From the human T2T-CHM13v2.0 reference genome, Homo sapiens: a stretch of 64,000 nucleotides of DNA. The stretch lies in NCBI RefSeq assembly GCF_009914755.1, contig NC_060928.1, one strand, 5' to 3'. The notes below the pieces were generated by a model. It was not told the DNA's origin and ran no database searches. It saw nothing but the letters and a program-made list of their open reading frames with translations. The position numbers and the translations under genes were made by a program. Of the stretch, positions 38,451 to 53,049 are shown in pieces (within the stretch, counting starts at the first letter, position 1; each line of letters begins with the position of its first letter).

Positions 38451-39468
38451 TATACATACCATTCTACATATACACTCATATATGTGGAATATATGTAATC
38501 TTTTAAAATTACTAGAATTTCACCTCAAAACAGGCCAAGCTATACAAACATTTAGATTTAGTGAGGAAAAATAAATACATAAATAAATAAATAAACAAAC
38601 TAGAAACACTTTTAGACCACAACCACTAGACATGAAGCAGTCAATCAGCAAATAAAATAATTAAATGAAAAAGCTATTACAGAAGGCACATACTTCATCT
38701 CTATGCCCAAGCCATGGTAAAGACAAATGTTTCAGGCACAAACTTAGAAAAATAAGAGAAGCATTAGAAGACCAATGGACCACTGATGTTTTACATCATC
38801 TCTTTTTACTGCTGAAAGAATAAACACAAACAAGCCTGTGTGGGTCTTTGGAGACAATTTGGCCATCCTAACAGGTAGAATATTTTCTTTATGGATGTGA
38901 AAGCAACCATGCATGCTTTGTAAAAACTGTAAGAAAATGTGTAAAGCCTGGTATTGAAGAGAAGAGATAAAATGGCAAAATGATGAAATGGAACCAGCCA
39001 TTACAAAATGTCCATTTCTGGCTCAGATGCATTTTTCTCACCATTTCCTTTCCAAAATTGTCCCCTTTCCCCAATTTTCTCTTGATTTCATGCATCAGAG
39101 TTAGAAATCAATAGATATTGCTTTATAAAACATTCCTTTGTTGTGTGAGTACAAAACAAGAGAAATAAGGGGATTGGACCAATTGGGGGTTAAACCAGGG
39201 TGATGTTGGATAGTGCATGGTGATTTGGTTCTTTAAAGCATGTTGTATAGGGAAAGTTTACAAGATTAATTACTGGGACATTATAGCAAGCAGATAATTT
39301 TGGGGAGGATTTTATTATGTTATGTACATGTGACAATATTCTAAGATGGATCAGCAGTAGCTATTTGTTACTTGGTAAACTATTGAAGTTTAAGAATCAA
39401 ATATTTTCAGCTGGCAATGTTTATCAAAAGATGTTCACATTGTATAAAAGGAGGCAGAACACTAATGA

Positions 39469-39798
<330 letters not shown>

Positions 39799-42700
39799 CA
39801 CTATCTTATTTTTTAGCCTATCTGAATTAAAAACATAAAGTCTTCTCTATGTATGTTGATGATAAACTTTGGGTTTCAAGGAAAAGAGTCACTCAGGCAA
39901 CTTCCAAGAATGGGAGGGGAGAAGGGGTTGTTATAGGATACAGTGGAAATAAATCTGGGAGGAATCTCAATCATGTTCCAAGAGCTTGCAGGGGCCCAGA
40001 GAAATTCTCACAATGAGGCCTCACAGGAAAAGCAAGAACACCGACAGCAGGAAAGCTTGGAGGCTAAGAGTTCCCTTGGAAGTTGAACTACTGCCTGAGA
40101 ATATTAAAACAAAAACAGAAACACGTAAATAGCCAGCCCTGAAACGAGCCTCTCAACTTCTGATAGGTTATATTTACATTTATGTACTTTCCTATCACAG
40201 TTTATAATCAAGCTAAGGCTAGTAGCCTTGAATATTTTTAGGGCTGCAATTTGTACATCATCTAAGCTAACAGATGAAAAGTGCAAGTGTAGTTGCCTAA
40301 GCACAGGTACATTCGTTCAACAACAAATCTTTACCTGAATGTCCATTGTATGTCCGACGCTGTCCTGTATCCTGGGGTGGCAGCCTGGGGACCTGAGAGG
40401 ACTTTGAGTGGAGCTAAAGAAACAGAAAATAACTTCAACTAATAAATGTCTTTTAATATCTCTTGCAATGGAAATTTTCAGTGGCTTAATTTTTTTACTT
40501 GTCTACTTCGAAGGTGAAGTTACTCACAGGCAGGTTTCTTAGTTTACAGACTTAGCTTTTCTTCCACTCCCAGCGTATTATCATTTATCAACTATTGTCA
40601 TTGAATGTCCTTACACCAGGCATGGTAGATGGCTTTTCAGCTTCCAGGCATCATGTTGTGTCTTTTTATTCTTCAATGGTATTGCTTTAAATTGTAGGCA
40701 TCCTTGTAATGGGTTTTCTTCTTTTTCTGACCCATAAAAAATTTCTGATAATATTTGTTGAACTCTGATCCCATTAAATTAAAATTTTAGTTATTAAAAG
40801 ACAAGGTGTCACTTTTCTCAATCTTAGAAACAGATGAGGTCAGCTGCACTCCCTGCCCTCAGAGGCATATGTTAATCAAAGTAGTACAAAGTTAGATTTT
40901 TAAGCCACTTCCAATGGACAACTGGTTTAATTTGAGCAGTCATCAAACTGATTGTCATGTACTTGATCATAAGCATTTCTGAATAAAGTTCAGTGCTGGG
41001 TAAGATAATGGCTAAAATAACTAGAGCTTTCTATAAATCTCAGACACTATGCTAGGCACTGAGGGAGTAAAGATGAATTTAACACAATTTTTTTAAAAAG
41101 TAAGTCTCCTCACAGAGCTTTAGATATATTTTTGATATCAAATAGTTTGAAGGACTAATAAGTGGCCAAGAGTTTGATTTTGAGAAGTAATACAGTATTA
41201 AAAGCTCTTCCTAGTGAGATATAATAATTTGTGGGATACTGATTGTGGAGTAAATATAAGGGCTTGAAGAAGAAAGAGAGCTATATGGTTGGGTCACACA
41301 ATGAAGGCTGTATGTGATAATTATTCCCTCCTACCAGACCCTGGCATTAAAAAAATCACATGAAAAGCCTAAACCAACAAGCAACAATTGAAATGAATAT
41401 TTGAAGCTACTATACTTTGTAGAAACCTCACATTTACTAATGCTCAATTGGAAGCTAACAAGAAAAAAAAATGTTAGGCAACTGAATTATCTTTACAGGT
41501 TAATGAGACTGCCAGAAAGCAACAGAGAAAGTACTTTCAAGAGGGGAATTATTTAACATAATGACATTTCTTTTCATGCAAACCAAATTAATTTCTGGAA
41601 ATAAGTTAGAAAATACTTACCCCTCCCCACCTTACAGGTTTTTAAACTAAATCACATTAGATCTAGAAAACCACTAAATAGTCCCCCTGCTTATCTTCAG
41701 GAGTCTTTAAAATGAAAATGTGGGTGAATGGAGTAGTAAGACTGATGACACCAACAAAGATAGCTCGAAAGTCTATCCATATCAAGGACCAAGCATAAGG
41801 TCTGCACTGTCAGTAATTAGCATTCATACTGGGAAAGAAATTACATATTAATATACTGTGTGTTCTTCTATTAGGTGGCTCATTTTTTAACAGTGACATG
41901 CCTGTGGACAGAAATGTAATTCTTCACAGAGATTTAAAAAGTTGGGACTACATGCAATTCACCACATTAATCATGTGTTAGATCAAATAAATGCCAATTG
42001 TGGGCTTTTTGTATTCATCAAGAGTTGAGCAGCAGTAACACATTCTGTTCTAAAACTGCAAAAGAATAAAATCTGAACTAAAAAAAAGGGGGGGAAAAAC
42101 CCAAGAACCTAAGAGAAGGATTTTTTTTCCTATTTATTTCTCAAATTCATCTTCTTTTTCCATAATTGAGGTAAAACTTCAGACTAATCTTAGAGTCATC
42201 CATCTGGCTAATATGAGTGGTTTGTTGCTATTAATTACTGTAGGAGAGAGGATAAATCAAAATGTATAACAACCATAGGAAATAATTTTAAGAATTTACT
42301 GCTATTTAATCAGGGTTGAAAGACATTTTTATGTGAGTGAAACTCTTTTGCTTCAGTGTTGTATAATGCCTGGCAGCAGGAGAGAGGGAGACACCCTTTG
42401 TTTCTGATTATATAACACATTCCAATAGAAGCTTATGGTGCACTAAGAGTGTATAAGGCTAATGACCTTTAAATTTTGCAATGCATTTTCAGAGAATTAG
42501 AATGTATAAGGGCATAGAACTTCTTACAGTTTATTCTTTAAAAGATAGCAACATTGGAAACAGATTTTAAAGCACTATTCATGAATCTACATTGTGGTAT
42601 TGTTTAAAATAACATGATGTGAAGCATGAACTGCATTCATACGTGAAAATGAAATCTGAATGCATTCTGTTAATGGAAGGCAAAAGTCAATTGTCATTTA

Positions 42701-43964
42701 GGTCACTGTGTGACAGTAGGAAATCATTTTAATGAAGGCAGCCCTGTTCAAAACAGTTTGGATTTCAGCATAAAAAAGAATATGAGTTCCCAAACAGTAT
42801 TTCACTGGAGGCAAATACTATCAAGAGAGCAACTTAAGTGTACAGTAAAATCTCCCACCAGCAAAAAGTTGAATAAGCTTGAATCAACAAAATAGATGGT
42901 TTTAAGTATTTTATTCTCCATATTTTTGATGACTATAAAAGTAGTACCCAGCTGCTTGCACTGTGTGAATTTTGGGGGCAGAATTATGCCCATTGCAACC
43001 CTTAACCATAGTTAAACACTACGCTCCATTTAATTAAAATTATGCCCAAAGATAAACAATGAAGAACATTGAATCTTCACTGGAGAAAACAAGGGCTGAA
43101 GTGTATTAATTAAGCCATTATCAGCAAGTTTCTCCTCCTCTTCGCCTTCTTTTCCCAAATCAGAATCCTTTCTTCAGTTCTCAATTCTGCTTTTCCTCTT
43201 CCGTTCTTCAGAATTAGCTATCAGACTATTAAGAAATAAAATCCTTCCAGTTAAAGGTGCTCTTGTGGAAGATTTAATGGTAATCAGGACTTCAGGTTCC
43301 CACATTTCCAGTCTTGCTTAAAAGACAGCACATTTTGGCAAGGAGCTAAGAAAGTACAGTCCTTAGTTCAATCTGCATTTATTCAAGGCCGTGCTGTATG
43401 CCCTTGGGCAATCAAAGAGTCTCGGAATGTTTGCCAAGTGTCATGTTGTTGAGCTTGCTGCTGCCATCTTCTCTCACCCAGGAAGGCTGAGGAGGAAGAT
43501 GCCGACCCCAGGGAAATCAAGTCAAGTTTATTCAGCGTTCAGTCTCAGGCTATTGGTTAAAGAGACAATGGGAGTTCTGGATACAGAGGCTCTTCATTTC
43601 TCATCTCTCCCATCTTTCCACTTAGTAGAGAAGGGCAATTGAATCAATGTGGTGAGATTTATTAATGCATGAAAATAAAAAAAGTTCATCATATGCCTGT
43701 GTATCAAAATGTTGTAATTCTTTCCTATTACATACATTCTGTAGAAACGTGTGTTTTTTGTTTGAGAATAGTGAAGAAAAAATTATCCAAACTATAGTAT
43801 AATGTAATATGCAAAATCCTTAGCATTGCTGGGAGCCCTGCCCCCAGTCCATCTGTTGTGTTTTCGAGTTAAAAATATCTAAGTTAGTAGACATCAAGTA
43901 AAACAAATATTAGAAAAAGAGACAATTGAAAGATGATAAGACAGAATGATTTAAATGTCAACTT

Positions 43965-44130
43965 AGGAAGAATTTTCTGACCTTGGCAAATTAATTTCTG
44001 TAAGTCTCAGTTTCGTCATCTGTAAAACGGAGGTGGTAAAATTAAGGACTTTTAATTGGATGGAGTGAAATGACGTATCTAAAGAGCTTAGCATATTGCC
44101 TGGGCGAAATTAAATGCTGATCATTAATAA
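43965..44130 (+). mobile_element. MIR
   Basis: TGACCTTGGCAAATT..AGTCTCAGTTTCGTCATCTGTAAAACGGAG...TAAAGAGCTTAGCATATTGCCTGG. Confidence 0.8.
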
Positions 44131-45265
44131 TGTTAAAGTATTATTAAAAAACCCCCACACGACTAGACCCTTAACATTCCTCGTAGGTATTTTATTGAAG
44201 TTATTCACTCTTCTATAAAACAAAACAAACAAACATGCACAGAAAACCTCTATGTTTCTTTCTTTTTTTGTCTTTCTCTGTAGAAAGGTATTTTCTGTTG
44301 CCCAGGAAATTGCATTAGGGCCCATAGATGAAAATAACAGGTATTAAGCATTCCTACTTAAAAATAATTTTCCTAATTAAAAAATTTCCTAATTAAAAAA
44401 TAATTTTCACATTTGGGGACAGACTTATGTTTACAAGGCTTAATAAGGGGTACAGAAGTACCACTAGCCACCACCAAATCACACCTTTCTCAGCCCATTT
44501 AAAAAGACTGGGGAGCGGGGAAAGAGCCTCCAGGGTCAGCCTTAAAGCAGTATTTGTACTTTGGGAGAAGGATGGGGTGCTAAGCTCTACCCAAAGTCAA
44601 GTGAGAGGAGCCTTCAAGGTAAACACTTGTGAAGTTTGAGGATACCTATGTAAAGGGACTTGGCAGAGTTCTTATAGGCCCCTCGAGGAGGACTGCATTC
44701 CCCAGATTTGGTGGTGTAATGATACCCTCATGTATCAAGTTAATAACATGGTAGATATCTGGGATCGAACCACTTGAGCCATACGGAAAAAAGCTCAGCA
44801 GCAAGTGAAGGTGGAATGTATCACACATAGAGGATGCTAAGGTAGAGTAGAAGAGGCCGAGTTGGGCCCCTGCCTCCCACACTAGGGAGCTGTGCAGTGA
44901 GTCAGCCCTGCATGACGCAATGAAGAATGTACATAGGAGTTCCAGGAGTGAGCCACCATGTGGATGCCTACCGCATGGAGGTCTTGACTCAAGAGAGTAG
45001 TGACACCAAGGAAATAACTAAAACTGCAGGGAATTAAGCAAAGGGAGATTTGCAGAAAGATTCATTCTTTCTCGCTGCCCCCTAGCCATGTGAGAGGTTA
45101 GACCCAGCAGAAGAGGGAGGAGGAGTTTTGGGTGTTGTCATGTTTCCATCCATCCTCTAAGAGGCTAGAGTTACAGAAGGGAAAGAGCAGACAACATTTC
45201 CTTCTCTGCTGCAGATGCCTTATGTCAGGTGTCTGGTCTACATAAGCGGATGATGAGAGTTCTGC

Positions 45266-45559
45266 TTTTTTTTTTTTTTTTTAGATGGAGCCTCTCTCTG
45301 TTGCCCAGGCTGGAGTGCAATGGTGCGATCTCAGCCCACTACAACCTCCACCTCCTGGGTTCGAGTTCTTCTGCCTCAGCCTCCGGGTAGCTGGGACTAC
45401 AGGTGCGTGCCACCACACCTGGCTAATTTTTGTATTTTTAGTAGAGATGGGGTTTCACCACATTGGCCAGGCTTGTTTCGAACTCCTGACCTCAGGTGAT
45501 TCACTGATCTTGGCATGCCAAAGTGCTGGGATTACAGGCATAAGCCACTGTGCCCTGCC
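45266..45559 (-). mobile_element. AluSx-like
   Basis: Poly(T) plus full dimer including CTCCTGACCTCAGGTGAT. Confidence 0.95.
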
Positions 45560-45579
45560 AAGTTTTCCTTTTTTAACTG

Positions 45580-46345
45580 GACTGTTTTCTCTATCTTGGT
45601 ACAAGTCAGTACCCTGAAGAGGTTTGCTTTTACCTGGTAGGGTGAGAAGTGATGTCCCTATCACCTTTGCTTCAGAGTTATGGCAGTTCTCTAGTTCTGT
45701 GCCACAATTTAGTTTGCAGGGATTTTCATTGTCTCACCGTCACACAGGAAACCATGTTTGTGTACTATATTGAGGGTCTATAGGCTAGATGCCTTGATGC
45801 TTTGGAGAATACTTAATTGCTAGAGGATGGGAGATAACTTTTTTAACATGTAGAAATCTGTAACTCTGGTGAAATTTCTGAAGCTCTAGTGGTCTGAGAA
45901 TTGTCTGGAAATGTCTTCAAATTGGAAAAAAAAATTGTGAGGCTTTTTACCCTCCATCGATAAGGAAGAAGTGATTGAAGGGCTCTTTGTATTTTGGAAT
46001 CAATGTATGCAACATATGACTCATGATAACAAAAGCTACCAGTTTTTTTTTTTTTTTTTTTTTTTGGTGGCGTTTAGAGCAAAAGAAGCTACCCCAACAA
46101 GTCTAAACTGCTGTAAAAGTAATTCTTTCACTCTTACTAGGTGGTGAATGCAACCAGTAGTGGTCAAAGTGTCTGAAACAAATTGAGATGTTCAATGGAG
46201 CCTGTGGTAGATAGGAGAATCAGAGTGGAAATACCTAGGGTTTTGGAGCAAAGCCATGTTCTTTTCATTAAGTAATTATTCTCTCTTTGAAAAACAGATC
46301 TTGCTTTGTTAATGAACACTGACAGAGACTAAATTCTGAAGGTTA
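45580..46345 (+). pseudogene. Decayed ERVL-class (class III) endogenous retrovirus pol: RT and connection region
   Basis: Manual translation: FSILVQVSTLKRFAFTW*G; LLQSYGSSLVLCHNLVCRD...MFVYYIEG (45667-45777); ARGWEI; VKFLKL*W; WSLW*IGESEWKYLGFWSKAM..NYSLFEKQILLC. These are collinear with HERV-L/MuERV-L Pol motifs FSIP..QFAFSWQG, LPQGY.NSPALCHNLV..HYIDD and PLGFWSKA..NYSPFE.QLLAC. Confidence 0.85.
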
Positions 46346-46599
46346 ACCAGGTTACACAAGCTTTGTGATTTTCATAAGTGTAGTTGAGAGGCAGAGCCAG
46401 TCTCTCACTAAAAAATGCTGTTAAATGTCAGATACTAGCTCTCAGCCTCCCTCAAACGTAGGGAATCACCACATGAACTACTCTTTACCAATTAGATGTA
46501 TAGTTCTAGACTATTTCTTCTTCTTCAGAGTGAGGATTTGAACTCAGATTTTTGTGGTTCTAAAACCCTGATGGCCCTTTCACGAAAGCATGTCACTAA

Positions 46600-46810
46600 C
46601 ACATGTGAGTTAAGAAGCTCCATCACCTACTGGCTTTGTGATCGTGGGTAAGTCTCTTAACTTGTCTGAGCTTTGGTTCCTTGTCTGCAAATTGAGCATA
46701 AACAGAGTACACTTCCATAGTGACCTTGTGAGGAATAAATGAGAGGATACCTACAAAATACATTAAGTGAGATAAAGTGTTAAGCAAGGACTAAATACCT
46801 GGGAGCTTAG
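46600..46810 (+). mobile_element. MIR
   Basis: CACCTACTGGCTTTGTGATCGTGGGTAAGTCTCTTAAC...GTGAGGAATAAATGAG. Confidence 0.7.
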
Positions 46811-46814
46811 TCAT

Positions 46815-47135
46815 GCAGAGAAGCAGAGATTGTAGGGAGTGCTCTTTGGAAGTGATCTTGGCAGCAGTGAGCCTGAGTTCCCAGGGTATTCCAGCAGTGA
46901 TGTCAGCCCCAGCCTTTCATGACCACGCCGGCTCTGCCGGTGGCTATTTTTTCCAGTAGATGAGTTCTGTGGTATGATGAAGCACTGCTCCTGTCTGGGA
47001 AACTCCAGCATGTTTCTTCAGTGCTCCCAACGATTCTGTGAACTTTCTAACAGTCTTTCAGTAAAATTCCTTTACTGCTTATGCCTGCCAAGTATGAATT
47101 TTGTTGCTTGGAACTCTGAAACTTTGCTGTTTCAA
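46815..47135 (+). mobile_element. Old ERVL-class LTR 3' part (LTR33/LTR41-like; subfamily uncertain)
   Basis: AGTTCTGTGGTATGAT...TTCTGTGAAC...TTTCAGTAAAATTCCTTT.CTGCTTA...TTTTGTTGCTTGGAAC resembles the ERVL-LTR polyA/U5 end. Confidence 0.45.
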
Positions 47136-47164
47136 TGCGTCTGGCTTTATTCCTTGTAGTAAAA

Positions 47165-47395
47165 AAATGCATGAATTTTCAAAATCAGACAAACCTGGTT
47201 GGAATCTCACTGTCATTTACCAGCCCAAGTGACTTGCTTAAATTTCTTGAACTTTTTGAGCATCTAATTTTCTTATCCTAAAATGGACATAATAATACTT
47301 ACTTTGTAGGGCAATCAAAAAATTAAATAATATGTATACAAATACCTATCAATCACTGAGTCTCACTTCTAGTAAGCATGCAAGACAGATGAATT
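47165..47395 (+). mobile_element. MIR
   Basis: AATCAGACAAACCTGGTTGGAATCTC...TTTTCTTATCCTAAAATGGACATAATAATACTTACTTTGTAGGG. Confidence 0.7.
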
Positions 47396-47857
47396 TCTTC
47401 CTCTAAAACCAGTATGCATATCTTTGCTGTTTCATGATAGGGATTAGGCTATATGAACATTATGCAAATAACTATTGCCCCAATATTGGGATGAGCCAAA
47501 GAACCTGGGGGAGGGAAATGCTTTTGAGAGGACATGGAAAATAATTGAAAAAGGGAATTTCTCTAGCCCTGCGACTGTCTTAACCGAGTAGAAGGAATGG
47601 GGATAACATAGAATGACACGTGTTATATCTCCGGTTGCCTTTTGCCTGCATTCAGTGGTAATTGAGTCTGCATCTGCATTACTTGTAATTTTCTGCATTA
47701 TTTGTGTTGGGACCATTAGGCAACTGCATCGTTAGTGTTATATTCACAAGTGTTATCATGCAGTTACCGCCAACAGACACTTAATGGAAAAATCCACTTT
47801 GAATCATGTGGGTGTTTTCTTTCTTTCCTCCTTATTTCTTTCTTTTGTCTTGCTGAA

Positions 47858-47858
<1 letters not shown>

Positions 47859-47893
<35 letters not shown>
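47859..47893. repeat. (CA)17 microsatellite
   Basis: Perfect ACAC run. Confidence 0.97.
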
Positions 47894-47895
<2 letters not shown>

Positions 47896-48774
47896 GTAAA
47901 CATGCTGCATATGCCAACATCTATTTGTGATTTAAAGAAAAATCTATCTGCGAAGTGTACCCAGGGTAATAATTCAGCAAAGTCACATTAACTCACTTAC
48001 TTTGGGTATTAGAAATATTTTATTTGCTGTTCTATTGCTATTTTTAAAAGCATGGCTTTAAAGCAGAGGATTTGAAACATCAGTGTGCGTAACAATCATC
48101 AAGGAGAGATCACTAAACATGTAGATTCCATGGCCCATTCCAATGAAGTGGGTATTACTATAGCTTTACTTCTACACTGTGGAAACTGAAAAACAGGAGT
48201 TAAATGACTTGATCACCCTCACTGAGGGTAAGAATTCAAACCCAGGTATGTCTTGTCTGGACTCCATAATACTTAGAGCAAAAAACTAAAGAGTACTGTG
48301 CCCTTTAAGAGGCAACTAAGGGCAAATTTACTTTTATACCCTTAGTCCAGTGACTGGGGTATAAGACTTTGTTGTTGTCTTTTTGATATCAATTAGATAT
48401 TACCAGTCTTTAATAGGAGATGACAATCCACACTTTCTCAATTCTATTTCTTCTGTCACTATGTCTCTTCCTAACTGAATGAAAATAGATATCAAATAAC
48501 TGTGCACCAAAGCAAACACTTGAAAGAGGAACCACTTAAAAACACCTGCCCTATTTTTCCGGATCTGTCAGACCTTTCCATGGATTTAGGATATAAGATT
48601 GTGAAACAGACCCTTTAGAACTGTTTGAGAGGAATGATTTTGTGAAATTAATCCATGATAAAAATGTGTTTAGCGTGCTGGGATTTTCTTAAACCTTCAT
48701 CTAGAGAAAATTCATGATTCTTCTCCCTCCTCCCCTCAGTCCCTGAGTTCCCAGGTTTTAAAATTACCATTTGT

Positions 48775-48990
48775 CAAATGCATTCTATATACAGTGATTT
48801 ATAATGGTATCTTATTTAATCCCTACAGCGACCTACAAGGTAGGTCTTACTCTTCTCATTTCATAGATGAGCAATAAGCAAGCAGCTTAGAGAGACTAAC
48901 TTCTCTAATATCACACAGCTGATCATTAGCAGAGCTAATTTATTATTTCACTCCAGTTTCGTCTCACTCTAAAACCTGTGCCCTTATCTG
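48775..48990 (-). mobile_element. MIR (another minus-strand MIR piece lies at about 48140-48275)
   Basis: ATCTTATTTAATCCCTACAGCGACC...CTCATTTCATAGATGAG...TCACACAGCT. Confidence 0.7.
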
Positions 48991-50559
48991 CCAACACTTT
49001 TTAACAGCCTGCCTGTCTATTTAACAGAATCATAAGTTTTTATGTTCTCAGGATAAGCCAGTAATAAATTCAATAATAACAACAACAAACTAAACAAACA
49101 GATCGTACTTTGTCTGATTCCAATGCTGTGGAATTGCTCTAAGGATTAGAGAATTAAACATCAGTGGAATGAGAAGCTTTATGACATATAACTGTTCTTG
49201 TGTCAATGACAAAATGGCAGCAAATCCACATGCTGGTGACAGGAGCCCTAGCACAGTACTCTGTTTGTGCAACCTTTATTAAATGGAGCTGTTGGCTACC
49301 ACCTGTGGTTTTGTAGTTGTGCCTCCCACTGAGCACACATTTGATCTTCTGATTAATTAGGTGCACCTTGGCTAGAAGCCCACGATCAAGCATACGTATT
49401 TCAAAGCTTAAACTGGGTTCCTCCTAAGATGAAAGCAGAATGTTTCAAAGAGTAACATAAATCCTCATGTCATCTTCTTGGAAAATGAATGACATTAACA
49501 ATATTAATTTATTGATAAAATAAAAACATTATAAGGAAACGATGCACTTCAACTTTTACTTCTAATTTGTATTTTTATGACGAGTTTTTTTTTTATTGGA
49601 GTAAAGTGGCAGTGATCTTTTTGAGGATATCTTTAATTAGAACAGATTAATTCCATCCTTTCGGCATTAAGAAGACAAGAAAATTGGACTCCCAAAGATA
49701 TTGTCTTGAAATGCTTAAAAGTCTGCCCGCATTATTTCAAAGATAAAGACATTGCATTGCTTTTTATTTCTTCTTAAATGGATTCAATATTCGATGGGAC
49801 AAGTAACATTTCTCTATTTAATTGCTATTCTATCTAAGAGCAGTGTCACCAGACTCCTTTTTTAAGATTCCAACTGTCTGAGTTGCCGGTTTATTCTGCC
49901 TTCCTTTGACTTTCATCCAAACATGTGTCTTTCATCTCTGCAGTGAGCAACGAATAACCAGCCAAGCCTGTCTCCCCATCTTACCCCCTTTCTCTGTGCT
50001 AAGGTAATCTCAGTATGCCGTGTTTCCTTTCTCTGCAGTGGTCAGAATACTGCCAGCATGTGAGACACCAACAAACTCATTTCCCATCTTAAGTCACATA
50101 ATTAACAGCAAAGATGAATAGATAGAACCAGGATTCATTTGCACAGCCTTGGTGGCTCTCTTTGTGTTTTATCTAGGATGGGTGATCTATATTTTTATTT
50201 TCTTGCTCATTTGTTTACCTTAATAGGGCGCCCTGATAAATGTATAGTAGCAACCAGACATTTTCTCATCAGCTCTGTGGTATAGATCATTCTCTGTTTA
50301 AACTGGTCTGTGTGAGGCCATTAGATCCAGTGGGAGTGAGCAGAAAAGACTCATGATGAATATAATTTGACTTGTCCTTTCTGTGTCATCTTTTATCAAT
50401 TGTCTTTAATAAACCTTCAAGATGTTTTTCCTTTAGAATTTTTGTTACTAGATTAGAAAAAAACCTTACCAATGTAAATGCACTCTTGTTATAACAAATG
50501 AAAAAATAAAAGCCTTTGTAAAGAAGAAGCTAATAATTCTCTCTGCTTCCCATCTCCTT

Positions 50560-51545
<986 letters not shown>

Positions 51546-51676
51546 AAACAGAATTGCGAACTACCACGCTTACTTGGATAAAGTTCTGCGCCTCCTATTA
51601 GAGTTCATGGCCCTTCTAGATTTCCCTAAGACCTGTAATACAATTAAAGGAGAATAGTGAACAATTGAGAGTCTAA

Positions 51677-52149
<473 letters not shown>

Positions 52150-52158
52150 TAAATTCCT

Positions 52159-52467
<309 letters not shown>

Positions 52468-52758
52468 CTAAATTCCCTGTAGTTTATTTTAAACATAATA
52501 AAATATCCTTGCTTCTCATTATATTATGGGTCATATTGCTTTATAATCAAGTTAGCAGTATCCAGGGACATTAAAAAGTTTACTATTTATTTGTTTCTAA
52601 CATGCTTTTAATTGATTAAATTGACATTGCTTTTCAAACCTATCACACTATAAAAGTCACATATGAAAGCTAGATACTGAAAACGGCAAAAAGCCAGGTA
52701 ACTCCCTCCTACTCCCAGTGCAAACATTGGCCAGCTCTATATCTTAAAACCCTTAGCT

Positions 52759-53049
52759 CAATATTTCTCAGACTGTGTACTGTGGAATACTGGATCCATA
52801 GGATGTAATTTAGTTTTATATACAAAGGAAGTACTATGCAAAAAGTTTGGCAAGTGTTACATCAAACACATTTTAATAGAGCTTTAGTTACAGGACTTCT
52901 CAGAGCCTTTAGTATACTTCTGTGGACTGTAGATGTCCAATAAAGGCATATTGTGTGCAATGTTTCCCAAGCTTATTTGACATTAATTACTTTTTCTTAT
53001 GGTGGATTTACAGAGCTTATGTTTCATAGAACATATTTGGGGAATGCTG
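52759..53049 (+). mobile_element. MER103C-like hAT-Charlie DNA transposon fossil
   Basis: Core CAGGACTTCTCAGAGCCTTTA; internal TTTCCCAAGCTTATTTGAC; inverted termini CAATATTTCTCA / TTGGGGAATGCTG. Confidence 0.7.

Noticed and set aside
44369-44400. TTTCCTAATTAAAAAA tandem duplication
   Set aside because: Short slippage duplication in AT-rich DNA; unremarkable
45073-45090. CTCF-like GCTAGGGGGCAG on the minus strand
   Set aside because: Lacks the conserved CC at the motif start; a single partial match is not evidence
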